Below the pieces are notes generated by a model, which ran no database searches, was not told the origin of the DNA, and was given only the letters and a program-made list of their open reading frames with translations. This document shows, in pieces, positions 1 to 12,400 of a stretch of DNA of 64,000 nt. Both the position numbers and the translations under genes were made by a program. Position 1 is the stretch's first letter; each line of letters starts with the position of its first letter. This DNA comes from Monocercomonoides exilis PA203 (lineage: Eukaryota > Protista > Preaxostyla), in the NCBI GenBank assembly GCA_001643675.2, contig LSRY02000029.1, positions 496,001 to 560,000 of the forward strand, written 5' to 3'.

Positions 1-638
1 TATAAAATAAATATGATTTTCATATCCGTATGCAAACATAATTGATTTAACAGCATTATGAAATGCGATCTCACTTATATTACACACAATAAATCCATTT
101 GTTTCATATTTTTTGATCACAAAAAGTTCATCAAAGATGCAAAATTTTTCGATGAAAATGCCTGAAGTCTAATATTTTGTCCCATAACAATTACGTTTGT
201 ATACAGACATGAAAATAATATTTATTTTGAATTCGGTGAAAAAGAAATAAAGTTATGAGTGAAGCAATTTTTCATGCTTTGTTCAAAAAAAGCTTGAAAG
301 TCTGTATTTTCCCCCATTTTATCAAAGGGCTAAATGTTTTCAAGTTAACTTTCATCAACACTCTTTGGTGTTTATAATATGGGGGAAAAAACGGACTTTC
401 AAGCTTTTTTTGCACAAGGTATCGAGAATTTTCTTCGCTCATAACTTTATTTCACTCTCTCAGATTTTAAAATAAATTTGTTTTTCATATTTGCAAATTG
501 TAATCATTGATGAAATAATATAAAAATATCCAACATTTCACGAATATCAAAAAATTGACACATTTTTATTTCGGTTTTTGAACTCAAAAAGTCAATGGAA
601 CGTGCATATTTTTCAATGAAAATGTCTGTAGTGAAATA
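1..638. repeat. Cluster of three degenerate copies of an AT-rich ~260-bp repeat in alternating orientation: ~1-180 (+, truncated), ~188-317 (-), ~374-638 (+)
   Basis: 374-638 (ataatatgggggaaaaaacggactttcaagctttttttgcacaagg...ttcgctcataac...ctcagatttt...aacatttcacgaatatcaaaaaat...aaaaagtcaatg...tttcaatgaaaatg...gtgaaata) is colinear with 56561-56828. ~209-317 is its reverse complement (agttatgagtgaag...aaaaaagcttgaaagtctgtattttcccccat). 1-44 and ~188-231 are also inverted copies of each other. Aligned by eye. Confidence 0.8.
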
Positions 639-825
639 CATAATACCATATGGGTGATTATTTTTGAAATCATATCTTTTTTCGGAGTGTTGATTTTTCA
701 AAGAATGTTTGTCTTTTGAAAGAAAAATTTTATTCAAAGGAGAAAAAGCATGACAATTGTTTTTTTAAATCAAATCGTTTTTCCGAATCAAAGATTAAAA
801 TGAATCCAATTAGCCTTTTCACTTT

Positions 826-829
<4 letters not shown>

Positions 830-876
<47 letters not shown>
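830..876 (-). repeat. 47-nt poly(T), i.e. poly(A) on the minus strand
   Basis: Uninterrupted T run, about 80 nt downstream of the 3' end of the minus-strand pseudogene. Confidence 0.95.
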
Positions 877-957
877 CTTGAAATATTTTGCTCCGAAATT
901 TTTGAATGAAAAATAATCACAATAATACCCATATTGCCTTTCATAATCAGAAAAATT

Positions 958-1606
958 TTAATGAAAACTTGTGAGTACGTCGTCCAATCCATCTTCTTCC
1001 GTGCTTTCAAATATTTTCCTTTTCAACTCTATTCTTTTCTCTTCTTCCGTTTTGCAAACAATCTTTTCTTTCAGTCGACCTGAAATAGAAATATAAAATC
1101 TCAAGCTGTCTTGTTCCATTTTGACACATATTGTTGGTTGCTGAATCTCTCTTAGAAACAACATCAACAGCTCAACCTTCCAAAAAGAAATTAACTTTTA
1201 TTGCTTTGTTTCCTGCTTCAGTTTCCAATTTGGGAATGCATTGATTGTTTGTTTCTTCGAAGTTATCCCTTGACATTCGAAAAATACACATTATGTTATT
1301 GATAAGAACAACAAATTCTTCATTTCACAATTGATATTTGAAAAAATAACATTTCAAAATTAGCAGCCATTTCCTTATTATTGTTGTTTCTATCCAATTT
1401 TTTCCTTTTTCCTCCTCTTCCTTTCTCCTCCAATCCACCAGTTTTTCCAGCTATTCAAATTCCTTAATTGCCTCTCTTGCAAAATGTTGCTCATTCGCAA
1501 CAACTGCTCACATCCTGTTTTTGTTGTTAAATCGGTTAAGCAAAAACTCCAAAGAAGACTTATACACAAGTTGCAAAAGATTGTGATGCTCTTAATGACA
1601 TTCGAA
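958..1606 (-). pseudogene. 5'-truncated pseudogene of a lineage-specific expanded helical-repeat protein family
   Basis: Minus-strand translation: CH*EHHNLLQLVYKSSLEFLLNRF...M*AVVANEQHFAREAIKEFE*LEKLVDWRRKEEEEK...IIRKWLLILKCYFFKYQL*NEEFVVLINNIMCIFRMSRDNFEETNNQCI...FFLEG*AVDVV / frameshift / LREIQQPTI...RLKEK...EEKRIELKRKIFESTEEDGLDDVLTSFH*. Stops lie at 1592-94, 1508-10, 1451-53, 1325-27 and 1172-74. It resembles, from memory, the C-terminal half of a large family of Monocercomonoides hypothetical proteins. Confidence 0.75.
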
Positions 1607-1653
1607 AAAAATTTTTTTTGTTTTTATTCGAAAACAGTTCTTTTTCGACAAAC

Positions 1654-2365
1654 TGACAAAGAAAAGAAGATGAAATTTTTTGTCAAAAAAGATTTTTTCT
1701 GAGAAATTCTATTTTTAAACATGTGTTCCTATATGATTATTGACAGGAAAAATAATTTCCTGACGGATCGAGATAAAATTTTCATGTCAAAATCTCAATT
1801 ATGATTATAATATTTTTTTATTCAAATGTTATTATTCATTTATTCTAATTAGCGTAGATTAAAAAATACGTTTTTAAAAAAAGGATATCGACAAAAAGTT
1901 AAAATTGGAATTTTTAGATCATCGAACCTTCAGTGAAGCCAGTGACTGTCAATGGAGTCAGTATCTGTCAGGGAAGAATTTTTTATTTTATTTATGAAAC
2001 AAAGTGAAGTTTGAATATTGAAATAATGCGAATAAATTTATTATAATTGATTTATATAACGCAATCCCAAAAAATCAGTGAAAATGAAAATTTTCTTAAA
2101 AAACCAATATTGACGTGGATTTTCTGTTGCTGACGGACGTGACATAAAATTATTTGTTTGTAACACATGCTTAATCTGTTTCAACAAAAAATGATATCTG
2201 TGCTTTTTCATTCTGAACAAATATATTTTAAACAATGATAATCACTTTAATAATATAGAAAAGCAAATTCTGATGAATTGGAAAGAACCCATTAACAGTT
2301 CAAATTTCTAATTATCTCAAAATTTCTTGCTTTATACGAGTTCGATAAAATGAATATAACTGTCA
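1654..2365. promoter_or_regulatory. Putative cis-regulatory region upstream of PFOR, enriched in TGAC/GTCA motifs
   Basis: About 13 TGAC/GTCA sites in ~710 AT-rich nt, several as TGACAG/CTGTCA or TGACG. Function is inferred only. Confidence 0.35.
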
Positions 2366-2439
2366 GATTTTTTCTCTCGAATAATAAATAATTAAATAAA
2401 AGGTTTGATCAACTTATTTTGTTGGTAACACAGAAAAAG

Positions 2440-5400
2440 ATGTCTTCTGAAAATCAAAGTTTTGTCGTGACTGATGGAAATGCAGCAGTTGCAACTATTG
2501 GCTATAGCATGAGCGACATGTGCTTTATTTATCCAATTACTCCTGGTATGGAAAACTATTATTTTTAAGTATTTTATTATTATTTTCCTTTTTAAACTTC
2601 ATTTCTTTATCGAATTAAATAGCATCCACAATGGGAGAAAAAGCAGATGATTTGAGCGCAGCAGGAAAAAAGAATATTTTTGGTGATGTTGTTAGAATTA
2701 CTCAAATGCAATCAGAAGGAGGTGTTTCTGGTGCACTTCACGGAGCAATTCTTTCCGGCGCTCTTTGCTCAACATTCACATGCTCACAGGGTCTTCTTTT
2801 GATGATTCCCGAAATGTACAAAATTGCAGGAGAACTTCAGCCAGCAGTTTTCCATGTTGCATCTCGTTCCGTTGGAGGACAAGCAATGGTTATTTATTGC
2901 GATCATGGAGATGTTATGGCAACACGTCAAACGGGATGGAGCATTCTCTGCTCTCATTCAGTTCAGCAAGCAGCAGATATGGCAGCAATTGCCCATGCAG
3001 CAACCGTCCGTGCACAAATTCCAATTCTTCATTTCTTTGATGGATTCCGTGTTTCACATGAGCTGCAAAAGATTCTTCTTCCAGGAAATGAAATCTTAAG
3101 CGAAATGATGGACAGAGATTCCATTCGTAAGTGGAGAGAGACAAAAACAATGAAGAACTCCGATCCAACAATGAGAGGACTTGTTGATAATACTGATGAA
3201 TATTTCCCTCTTTTGGAAGGAACCAATGGGCTCTACACAAACCTTATCAAAATCATGCAGGAAATGATGGACAAATATGCTAAATTGACTGGAAGACAAT
3301 ATCATTTGTTTGATTATTATGGAGCCCCAGATGCTGAATATGTTATTGTTGCAATGGGTACCTCTTGCAAAACATTTGAGGAATACGTCAATCAACCAGA
3401 AATTAAAGAAAAGAAGAAGTATGGTTTAATTGCAGTTCATTTGTTCCATCCGTTCTCTGTTGAACATTTCGTGGAATGCATTCCAAAGACATGCAAACAT
3501 ATTACAATTCTGGACAGAACAAAGGAACCCGGAGCTGCTGGAGAGCCATTGTATCTCGAATGCTTGGCTGCTCTTCAAGAATCAGGAAAATTGGGACAGT
3601 TGAAAGTATCTGGAGGTCGCTATGGCCTTGGTGGAAGAGACATCACACCTTCAATTGCTTGGGCTGTTTATAACAACATGGAGAGTGCTTCACCAAAATA
3701 CAAATACACCGTTGGATTTGAAGATGATGTTACACATCTTTCAATTCCAATGCCAAAAGAGAAAGTTGTTGTAACTTTGCCAGGAGTGAAGCAAGCCTTA
3801 TTCTATGGATTTGGTGCTGATGGTACTGTTGGAGCAATTAAGGATGCAATTAAAATTATTGGTGATCACACACCACTTTACTCTCAGGCATACTTCGTTT
3901 ACGATGCTAAGAAGAGTGGAGGTGTTACAATTTCTCATATTCGTTTTGGTCCAGATCCGATCTCTTCTCAATATGAGATTTTAGATGCAGATTATTTGGC
4001 TTGTCATCATCCTTCATACATTCGTAAGTACGACATGCTTCAACATGCAAAAGAAGGTGGAGTGTTTGTTTTAAATGGACCATGGAAAAGCACAGCCGAA
4101 GTTGGAGAAGCTCTTCCAGGGCAAGCAAAGCAACTGATCGTAAAGAAGAAGTTGCAGATGTATACAATTGATGCTGAAAAGATCGCAAGAGAGGCTGGAC
4201 TTGCTGGAAGAATCAACATTGTTATGCAGACAGTGTTCTTCTATTTGTCGCAAGTGGTTACGCCAATGGAGAAAGCCATTGAGTATCAGAAGGGTGCAAT
4301 CAAGAAGACTTATGAGAAGAAAGGAATGGAAATTGTTGAAAAGAACTGGAAATGTGTTGATAGCACAATTGCAAATCTTGTGAAGATTGATTATCCAGTT
4401 GATGAATGGAGCAAATCTGAATTCGAGGAGATTCCAGTGTTCCCAGCAAAACGTACAGAATTCTTCAAGAAGATTGCAGGACCTATTCTTGCTTTGAGAG
4501 GAGCTGAACTTAAAGTGAGCGATGTGATGCCACTTCTGGGAGGATCTCTTCCAACTGGAACAGCACAATTCGAAAAGAGAAATGTCTCTGCAACTGTTCC
4601 TATTTGGGATGAAACCAAATGTGTTCAGTGCAACATTTGCTCATATTCATGCCCTCATTCGTGCATTCGTCCATTCCTCATAACAGAGAAAGAAGCATCT
4701 GTTTCACCATCAATGAAAACATTGAAGCCTTCAAATCCAGCTCCACAAACACTTCCTGGAACCGAAGAGAATCTTCGTTTTGCCATCTCGATCAGCACAG
4801 CTGATTGCCTTGGATGTGGAGTGTGCGCATCTGTATGCCCTGCTCAGTGCCTTGCCATGAAACCAAATCACACCGAAGAAACCGATCAAATGCAGAAAGA
4901 CTTTGAATATCTTGTTGATCTTCCAGAAAGATCGAACTTGTTATATGATGACGAAACTGTTGAAGAGAAAGCGAAAACCGACAAGCTTTCAATTGTTCCT
5001 GCACCAACAGTCAAAGCCGTTCAATTCAAACGCCCACTCTTTGAATTCTCAGCAGCTTGTGCAGGATGCGCTGAATCACCTGTTGTGAGAGTGATCACAC
5101 AATTGTACGGAGAGAGAATGATGATTTCCAATGCCTGCGGATGCTCAATGGTGTGGGGAGGTTATTCTCCATCATGCGCCTACTCACATTCAAAAGAAGG
5201 ACTTGGCCCAGTTTACACTGGATCTCTCTTTGAAGATGCAGCTGAATTGGGCTATGGTATTGCCACAGCTGGACAAATGATGCGTGAGCAATTGTTGGAA
5301 TTTGTGAAGAAAGCACAAGCCTGCCACATTCCAGAGTCAACTGGCGTGAGCGATGCAGAAATGAAGAAGGCAATGGACGGATGGATCAACTCGTATGACA

Positions 5401-6182
5401 GCCCCGTTAAATCAAAGAAATTCGGGCAAGAAATTCACAGCCTTCTTGCACGCATTCCAGCAGAAGAAAGAGCGAAGTGCGACATCCTCACTGAAATCTG
5501 GACTCGTCGCGACTACTTCCAAAAGAAGTCTTACTGGACATTTGGAGGAGATGGATGGGCTTATGATATTGACTTTGGAGGTCTTGACCAAGTACTCCAC
5601 ATGGGAGCTGATCTGAACATTCTTGTGATGGATACTGAAGTGTATTCCAACACAGGAGGGCAGAAATCAAAGTCAACACCACGTTCAGCTGTTGCTCGTT
5701 TCGCTGCTGCAGGAAAAGATACCTCAAAGAAGAATCTTGGCTTGTATGCTATCAACCTTGGTTGCTGCTATGTTGCTCAAGTTGCACAAGGAGCAAACCC
5801 TCAACAGATGCTGAAAGCAATTCACGAAGCTGAACAATTCCCTGGAACATCAATTGTGATTGCTCTTTGCCCATGCATCAACTGGGGACTTAAGAACGGA
5901 CAAGGAAACTCAATGAAGGAGCAGAAACTGGCTGTTGAATGCGGATATTGGCCTTTGTATCGTTACAACCCATTGTTGGCGAAAGAAGGAAAGAATCCGT
6001 TTTCACTTGACTCTGCACCTCCAAAGAAACCCGTTACTGAACTGTTGAAACAGGAGACTCGTTTCGCTTCTCTTCTCCAACAATCGAAGGAGAGAGGTGA
6101 AGCGCTCCAGAGCGGTCTTCAAGCTGATATCGATGCAACATTTGCTAAGCTTCAAGCTCTGGCTGCTCAACCAGCAAAATAA
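2440..6182 (+). CDS. PFOR: Pyruvate:ferredoxin oxidoreductase (single-chain type), ~1221 aa; exons 2440-2545, 2623-6182
   Basis: Removing the 77-nt intron (gtatgg...atag, 2546-2622) restores DGNAAVA...YPITPASTMGE. Also present: MQSEGG, SQGLLLM, HFFDGFRVSHE, GGRYGLGG, GFGADGTVGA, two ferredoxin motifs (CVQCNICSYSCP, CLGCGVCASVCP), ACAGC, the TPP motif GGDGWAYDI...DTEVYSNTGGQ and CPCINWG. Confidence 0.98.
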
Positions 6183-6466
6183 TGTTTTTAACGATGTGCT
6201 TTTTGCACTTTTTGTTTTGATGCTTTTATTTAATTTTAGAGCTGTGAAAAGTGTGTGCTTTGTTTTTTTTTTTGTTATTTGAATGTGACAATAATTAAAC
6301 ATGCTTAAAAAAATACAACACTTTTTTTTGAAAAGAAAATGAATAAATAAATATGATACATAAAAATAATGAAGACGTAAACAATATAATCACAGATAAT
6401 GAAAAGTAAACGATATGCTAACAAAAAACGAATAGATAATAAATAACATTGAACAAATAACGCAAA

Positions 6467-9400
6467 TTAGAACAGATTAGAGTTTTCAGGAAACAGAGTC
6501 TGACCAACAAGTGAAGCATCTGCTATTATTTGGGATTTTGAAGAGCTAAAGATATGATATGTTAAAAAAAAAAATAAAGCTTCAGAAATAATAATAATTA
6601 TCACATACACTTTGATTGAGCTTGTCAAATTCATTACTACATTCTTCAGTTCTTCATTCTTTGATGGGAACAATTTCTGGAAGCTTTCAAGGAGTGTTGC
6701 ATATGTCTAGAAGAACGTTTTACATTCAAAATAAAAAAATATTAATCAAAAAAACAAAAAAATTGCATAATAAAACCAATCCAATAAATACAAACCTTTG
6801 CATATTTCTTTCCATCTGACTCATCTTTGCCAGTTCGTTCTTTCCAATGATAGCTGACAAAAGTGAGTATGAAAGTAATGAAAGTCCTAACGTTTTTCGA
6901 AAGCAAAGTTTTTCTCTGCCAGAAATGCCTTGATTCTATCATTGCCAGCAGTGACGCAAACACACGTCCAAGTGGCTCAAAATACTCAGGATTTCTATCA
7001 GTTGCAACCATAAGTACAGCAATATCGATCAGAAGAGGCATAGCTTCCACTTCACGTGTTGGGTCGTTCTCCAATATAGATAAACAAGATGTGTTTGAAA
7101 GTGAGGAGATGATGGATGTTAGAATGGCAGCAGCCGAAGATGACGGAAGTGCACTCGTCCTGGACTTGTGTGGCGTGCTGCCCAAAGGTGGGCCTCCTGG
7201 TGTGACATCCGATTGATCCATTGAGGCCGAGGTGGATAATGAAGATAAGTAGTGTGTACGATATAAAACAGGTTTGCGCAAATCGGTGTAGCACGAGCAA
7301 TCCATCGTCTGGAACGCATCGAACGCATCAAACAATGCTTTGCTCGGGCAAAGAAGCACAAGCTCTTCAGAATGAAGAGCGGGCGTGATGGATTTTGGAA
7401 TGAAAATGGGATCAAGCACAAGAGGAATAAACGCACGAAATACAAACGAAAGCGAAATAAAGTACGAACGTCGAGCGCAACATTCTACAAACATTGGCAA
7501 CAGGTTAGCACTGTGTTCAGTGCCATCATTTGGAGTGAGCAGGCACTCTTCAGACTTCAGGAAGAGAGAAGAGGCTGTTGTCAGTGGTGTTGTCTTTGAT
7601 GGACTTGGATTGGAGCCAGACGACGATGCAATTCCGCTCTTCACAATTTCAGACGACGGTGCAGAAAACAAGAACAACGCCCGCACAAATGGAGTCAGCG
7701 AGTCTACAATCGTCTGCAGAGTGAGAAGAGGCCTTGTGGGATACAACAGAGGAACCACGTAATTTGCATACGAGTTGATCAGCTGCAAAAGCTCCAATGT
7801 TGGCTCGGATTTCTTTTCATCGTTGTTATTCTTATTTTTGTCAGATTCCTCATTTTCAGTTGATTCCTTCTTATCTTTATCAACAAAGTCAATCATGGTG
7901 ATGTATGCATTTTCTTCTTGAACAACCATCTGACCGTCCTCTCTGTACCGCTTTGATGGTCCAAAATCTTCTGGGATAGGTGGAGGCTTCGCACGGACAG
8001 CGACAGAAAGCAGAAACTCTAACAGAAAGACAGATGGGACAAGAGGATCAGTTGTACCCAGTGTAGTTGGCTTTGTATTCGTCTGGCTATCGAAACCTGG
8101 ACCAGAAAAGCGGATTTGGTGTTGGCGCAATTTTGTATTGAACGAAATGTGTACCAAGCTGAGAATTGAAATAAGTGATGATTGTATTATAAAGTGATAC
8201 TGTTCTGGAGTGTTGAACACATGAGACAGATACGAGATGAGTCGCAAGAACAACAATAGGTGCCGCCGGAGCATCGGCGGTGTGGCGGTCAATGAAGATG
8301 AAAACAGCTGAAGCGATGCAGTTTTTGGGACGGGTGTAAAAGAGGGAGAAGGTGAAGGCATCAGTAGATTAACAGGTTGCTGAGAAACAGATTCTTTCAT
8401 TTTCGCACTTTCTAATGCAGCTTTTGTAGCCAGATCATATGAGCGGAGATCAATGTAGTAAAGGGCCGACGTTACAAACAGCTGGATCATGCTTTTCAAT
8501 AAAAGAACAAAATGCATTCCGTGTCTTCTGATAATCGCAGTTGGAGTGTTGTCTTCAGGTAAACGTTGGAGCTGCAGCGGAAGCACGAGCTGTAGTGCAA
8601 TCTGGATATCATCGTCCTCACTGCGTATCCACGGGATTGTGTCATCGTTTGTTGATGTAAGTCCAGCAGAAGGATGAGGCCATCCAATCTGCACAAACTG
8701 GATGATGGAGAAGAGGTATTTGAGCTGGGCAGTCACTGTTATGCCTGTTGGAGTCATGTAAAGATGAGCTCTGCCTGACTCATCGAAAAAGGGTGTTCTT
8801 CGAACAAATCTTGTTGATAACAGCGAACACATGAAATAGAAGTGCAGCTGAAGACGGCACAAATCCACATTCAAATATGTCACTCCTTCTTTCGCTTTGT
8901 CAATAAACACTTCACTTTCTTTGTCCGATTCATTGTCATCGTCAAATCTCCGACCACCCAATCCGCTTCCGCGAAGTCCGAAGGGTTTTCCCTTTTGATT
9001 GTTATCTGCTGTCAGCGTTTCATCCAAGATGCCAAACGAAGGTTCTTTGTACTTCGTAACGAACCTCCACAGCTGGTCTGTGCCTTCTGGCTCGACGCAG
9101 ATCAAGAAAGAGAGTCTGTTTGCGACGGAGATCATCTCGTCCACTTCAGTCACTGTGTTGAAGGAGAAGCGAAGAGCATCTGTTGGCTGTGTGATGACAG
9201 AAAGGTTGTGTGGCGGGTGGAAGAGCGAAAGTACCCAGTCAAAGCCAGCCTTTAACTGCGGAACAGATAAGATGTTAAATGGAATCCACGAGAGGAAACG
9301 CACTTTTGTTCGAAACACAGCAAACAGATGCCAAGAATATGCATGGCTAAATGCACCCCTGTCGGTATACAGTGGGAACGTGCATGCCTCGACGACAGAA

Positions 9401-12400
9401 AGAAAGATAACAGAAATAAGAGAGGAGATAGAAACTGCATATTGTTGCTGGGCTTCAGGCTGTCCTTGAAAGATATTTGTGAGTGTGGCGTCTTCTTCAT
9501 AATCGTCAAAGAATTCAAGCTCCTTCAGTTTTTCTTCTGATGCTGACGGGGTCATATCATCAAAGAATGAAATTGGTTTCTGCATCTGTGTTTGAGCAGA
9601 AGAGAGCGAAGCAGAGTTCGAAACAGTCTCATCTCCAGAATCATTCAACATATCGCTGAGTGTCAATGGCGTGGTATCCTTGTCTGTTGGAGAGGACGGA
9701 CGAGATTTCATCTTTGGTGAGTCAAACAGGGATGGAATATCTGATGCTGTTTCTGTTCGGCGTGGGGTTTGTGGAGCTTGTTGTGTTTGAGCAGCAGCTG
9801 GTGCAGAGTGCTGGATAGTTGCCAATGCCAGCTCCTCTGACGAAGGCAGCGGCTGTGGAACAGCAAGCTTCATTGTGATTGGCGACTCAAACATTGCTTC
9901 ATTTTGCCGTCTTCTGCGGGGCATAAGACGTGCATTGGCTTCTCTGCTGTCACCTCCGATCGTCACAGTCACCCAGTCCATGCTTAACACAAGGCGAGGC
10001 ATCAGACAGTGGAGCGATGAGGCTGTCTGAGGAATGGCAGAATACACACAGAGACTGCCCTGCTGGGATGAGGAGAGTGTGGCACCGGTTGTAGCAGAAG
10101 AAAATGGAGAAGGAGAAGAAAGAAGAGTGGGGCTTTGAGAACCACCAAGCAAAGGAGATGAACAAGAAGAAGAAGGAGAGGAAGGAGTAGGAGAAATAGT
10201 GATCACTCTCTGTCGGCGATATGACTCACCCAAAACAGACCATTCCTTCAGCGCCAAGTTTAAGATGGGTGCAATCAGCATGGGTGGAAGGCGATCCCAC
10301 AAATGCCAGCTGATTTTCCCGAAGAGGTCTGTCACGTAAAGATGGAATGGGAAGGTGCACGTGGAGCGGATGGTGGTGACTGTTCCTTGTGTTGACTGCA
10401 CAAGTGGGAACTCAGACAGACTGAGAGTGTTCCATTCGAGAAGATCGCTGTAGAAAAATAGGAGTGTCGTGAACAGGTTCGTCATTGCAGATGGAAGCGG
10501 CGGTTGCTGCCACACAGGAATTGTAGTCGAACGAAATCTGCGCTTGCTTGTGCTTTGCAATCGTTTGGATTTGCCTTTTGGATTCAGAAGCTGAAAGGCC
10601 CAACTGAACTGAGATAACTTCAGTTTCTGTCTCTTACGCCGCTCAGCCAAAATAACGTCCAGTGGAATGTCCTTTGTGAAGTTGACTGCTTCAAACTCTG
10701 CCTTCTCTCTCGACTCCTGCTCTTTCCTCCATTCGAGCTCAGATGCCTCTCTTTCCTTCGTCTTGTGCAGAATACAATCAATACAGTCTGCGCAATCCCT
10801 CATAATCTGTGACAGGCATCCTCCTCCATCAGCTTCACAGAAAAACGGGAATGAAGGTGGGCATGTGGGCATTGTGTAGTCCTGCGATGAAAACGAGTAT
10901 GCAGCATCAGATGTGAGTGTATCATGGGACATCATCGATCCCTGAACGGTGCTTGCATATGTGCCAGAGGAAGAGGTCATTGTTGTGGTGTCTGAATCGC
11001 CCATCGACATCTGTGCATTGTTTGCAGGTGAATACATCCGACTTTCATCGCTCGTCTGCAAATCTGACTGCGAGGCAGATGAGCCCATTTCAGATGTATA
11101 AGAGCCCGTTGTCCCATCCATAGATATTGAACGCATTGATAAGTCTGGTGTGTTTCTACCAACAGTCGACGAAACAGATGATAACTTCGATGATCCGCTG
11201 TGGCTGTTCTGTGAAAAGCGTGATGATGAGCCAGCACGTGTACTAGCTATGTACTGTGACAGAGTGGAAAATGGAGCAGGAAATATGAATGGTGCATAGC
11301 AGTGGAGAGTAAGCTCAAGAAGCACATGGGGATGAAACGCCAATGGCTTTGGTAGTGTCTTCTGTGCAAAGTTGTTTGAAGCTTCTTTCTGTGCTTTTTT
11401 CTCCTCCTCTGCTTTCTTGTCGAGGTTAGCATCATTCTCGTCCAAGTTCTCTTTAGCTCTCTTTCTATTTTCGATATCCTTCAGAATGTCTGACTCATAT
11501 GTTGGTTGCTCTTCTGTCTTGTCTGCCTGTTCCTGTTGCATTTCAGACTCTTTCACTGACTCATCCAAATCATCTTCGAAGTTACCTGGACTCTCCTCTT
11601 TCTGATAAGACATCTGGTCATCCACATCAAAAGCCTGAGATTCCCTCTCAAATTCATCTTGCTCTCTATCAAACTCGTCTTGTTCCCCATCAAAATCAAC
11701 AACCTTTCTTGGAGGAGACAACAGCACTGCAGGCGATGGGGTGCGATATGGCGATGCTGAATGATTTGACATCTTTTCATCCTCATCATCGCTGTCTTCA
11801 AATCGACTGATAGAATCGTGGAATGTCATAACAGATGCAGAGTCATTGGGTGCAGTATCAGCTGATTCAGATGGGAGAGTATCGTCCTCTTCCCCTCTGG
11901 CCTTTGCAGCCAGCTCCATTTCTCTCTTTCTCTTCATCGTTGAATACCAGCCATAAGGATGAAGCCTTCCTTCCAGTGCAGAAGCAGATGAAGGAGTCGG
12001 CGATGATGCTCTGCTGCCAGACAGCTCAGCGATTTCTGATGACTGCATTTCCTGTTCTTTGAGACGTCGCTTCATCTCCTTCTGTGCCTTCCTCTTCAGC
12101 CGCGTCTTCATATCAACATGCTTTACTTGTGCATATCCCAGCGCCATCTCATCGATTTTGGACACATTCGAAGGAGGAGGCTGCGAAGGTATCAAACGCA
12201 CGAGCGTCAAAATTGATGCTTTGATGAATGCAGAAATGCCAAGAAGATGCTTCGGACTAAGTGCATGTGGAGTTTGCTGGGCAAGTTGAATGGATGTCTG
12301 CGATTTGAATGTCGAAGATGTGTTTTGTGAAGACGATGAAGATGAATCAGGCTGATTGTATCTCGAACTTGATGAGCTTAAATGCGGATAGAAGTACTTC

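Noticed and set aside
716-1010. ORFs encoding poly-Phe or poly-Lys
   Set aside because: Artefacts of translating the 47-nt T run.
958-1606. Stop-codon reassignment (TAA/TAG=Gln as in some oxymonads, or TGA readthrough) as an explanation for the internal stops
   Set aside because: All three stop types occur, there is also a frameshift, and intact genes in the window terminate normally at TAA, TAG and TGA.
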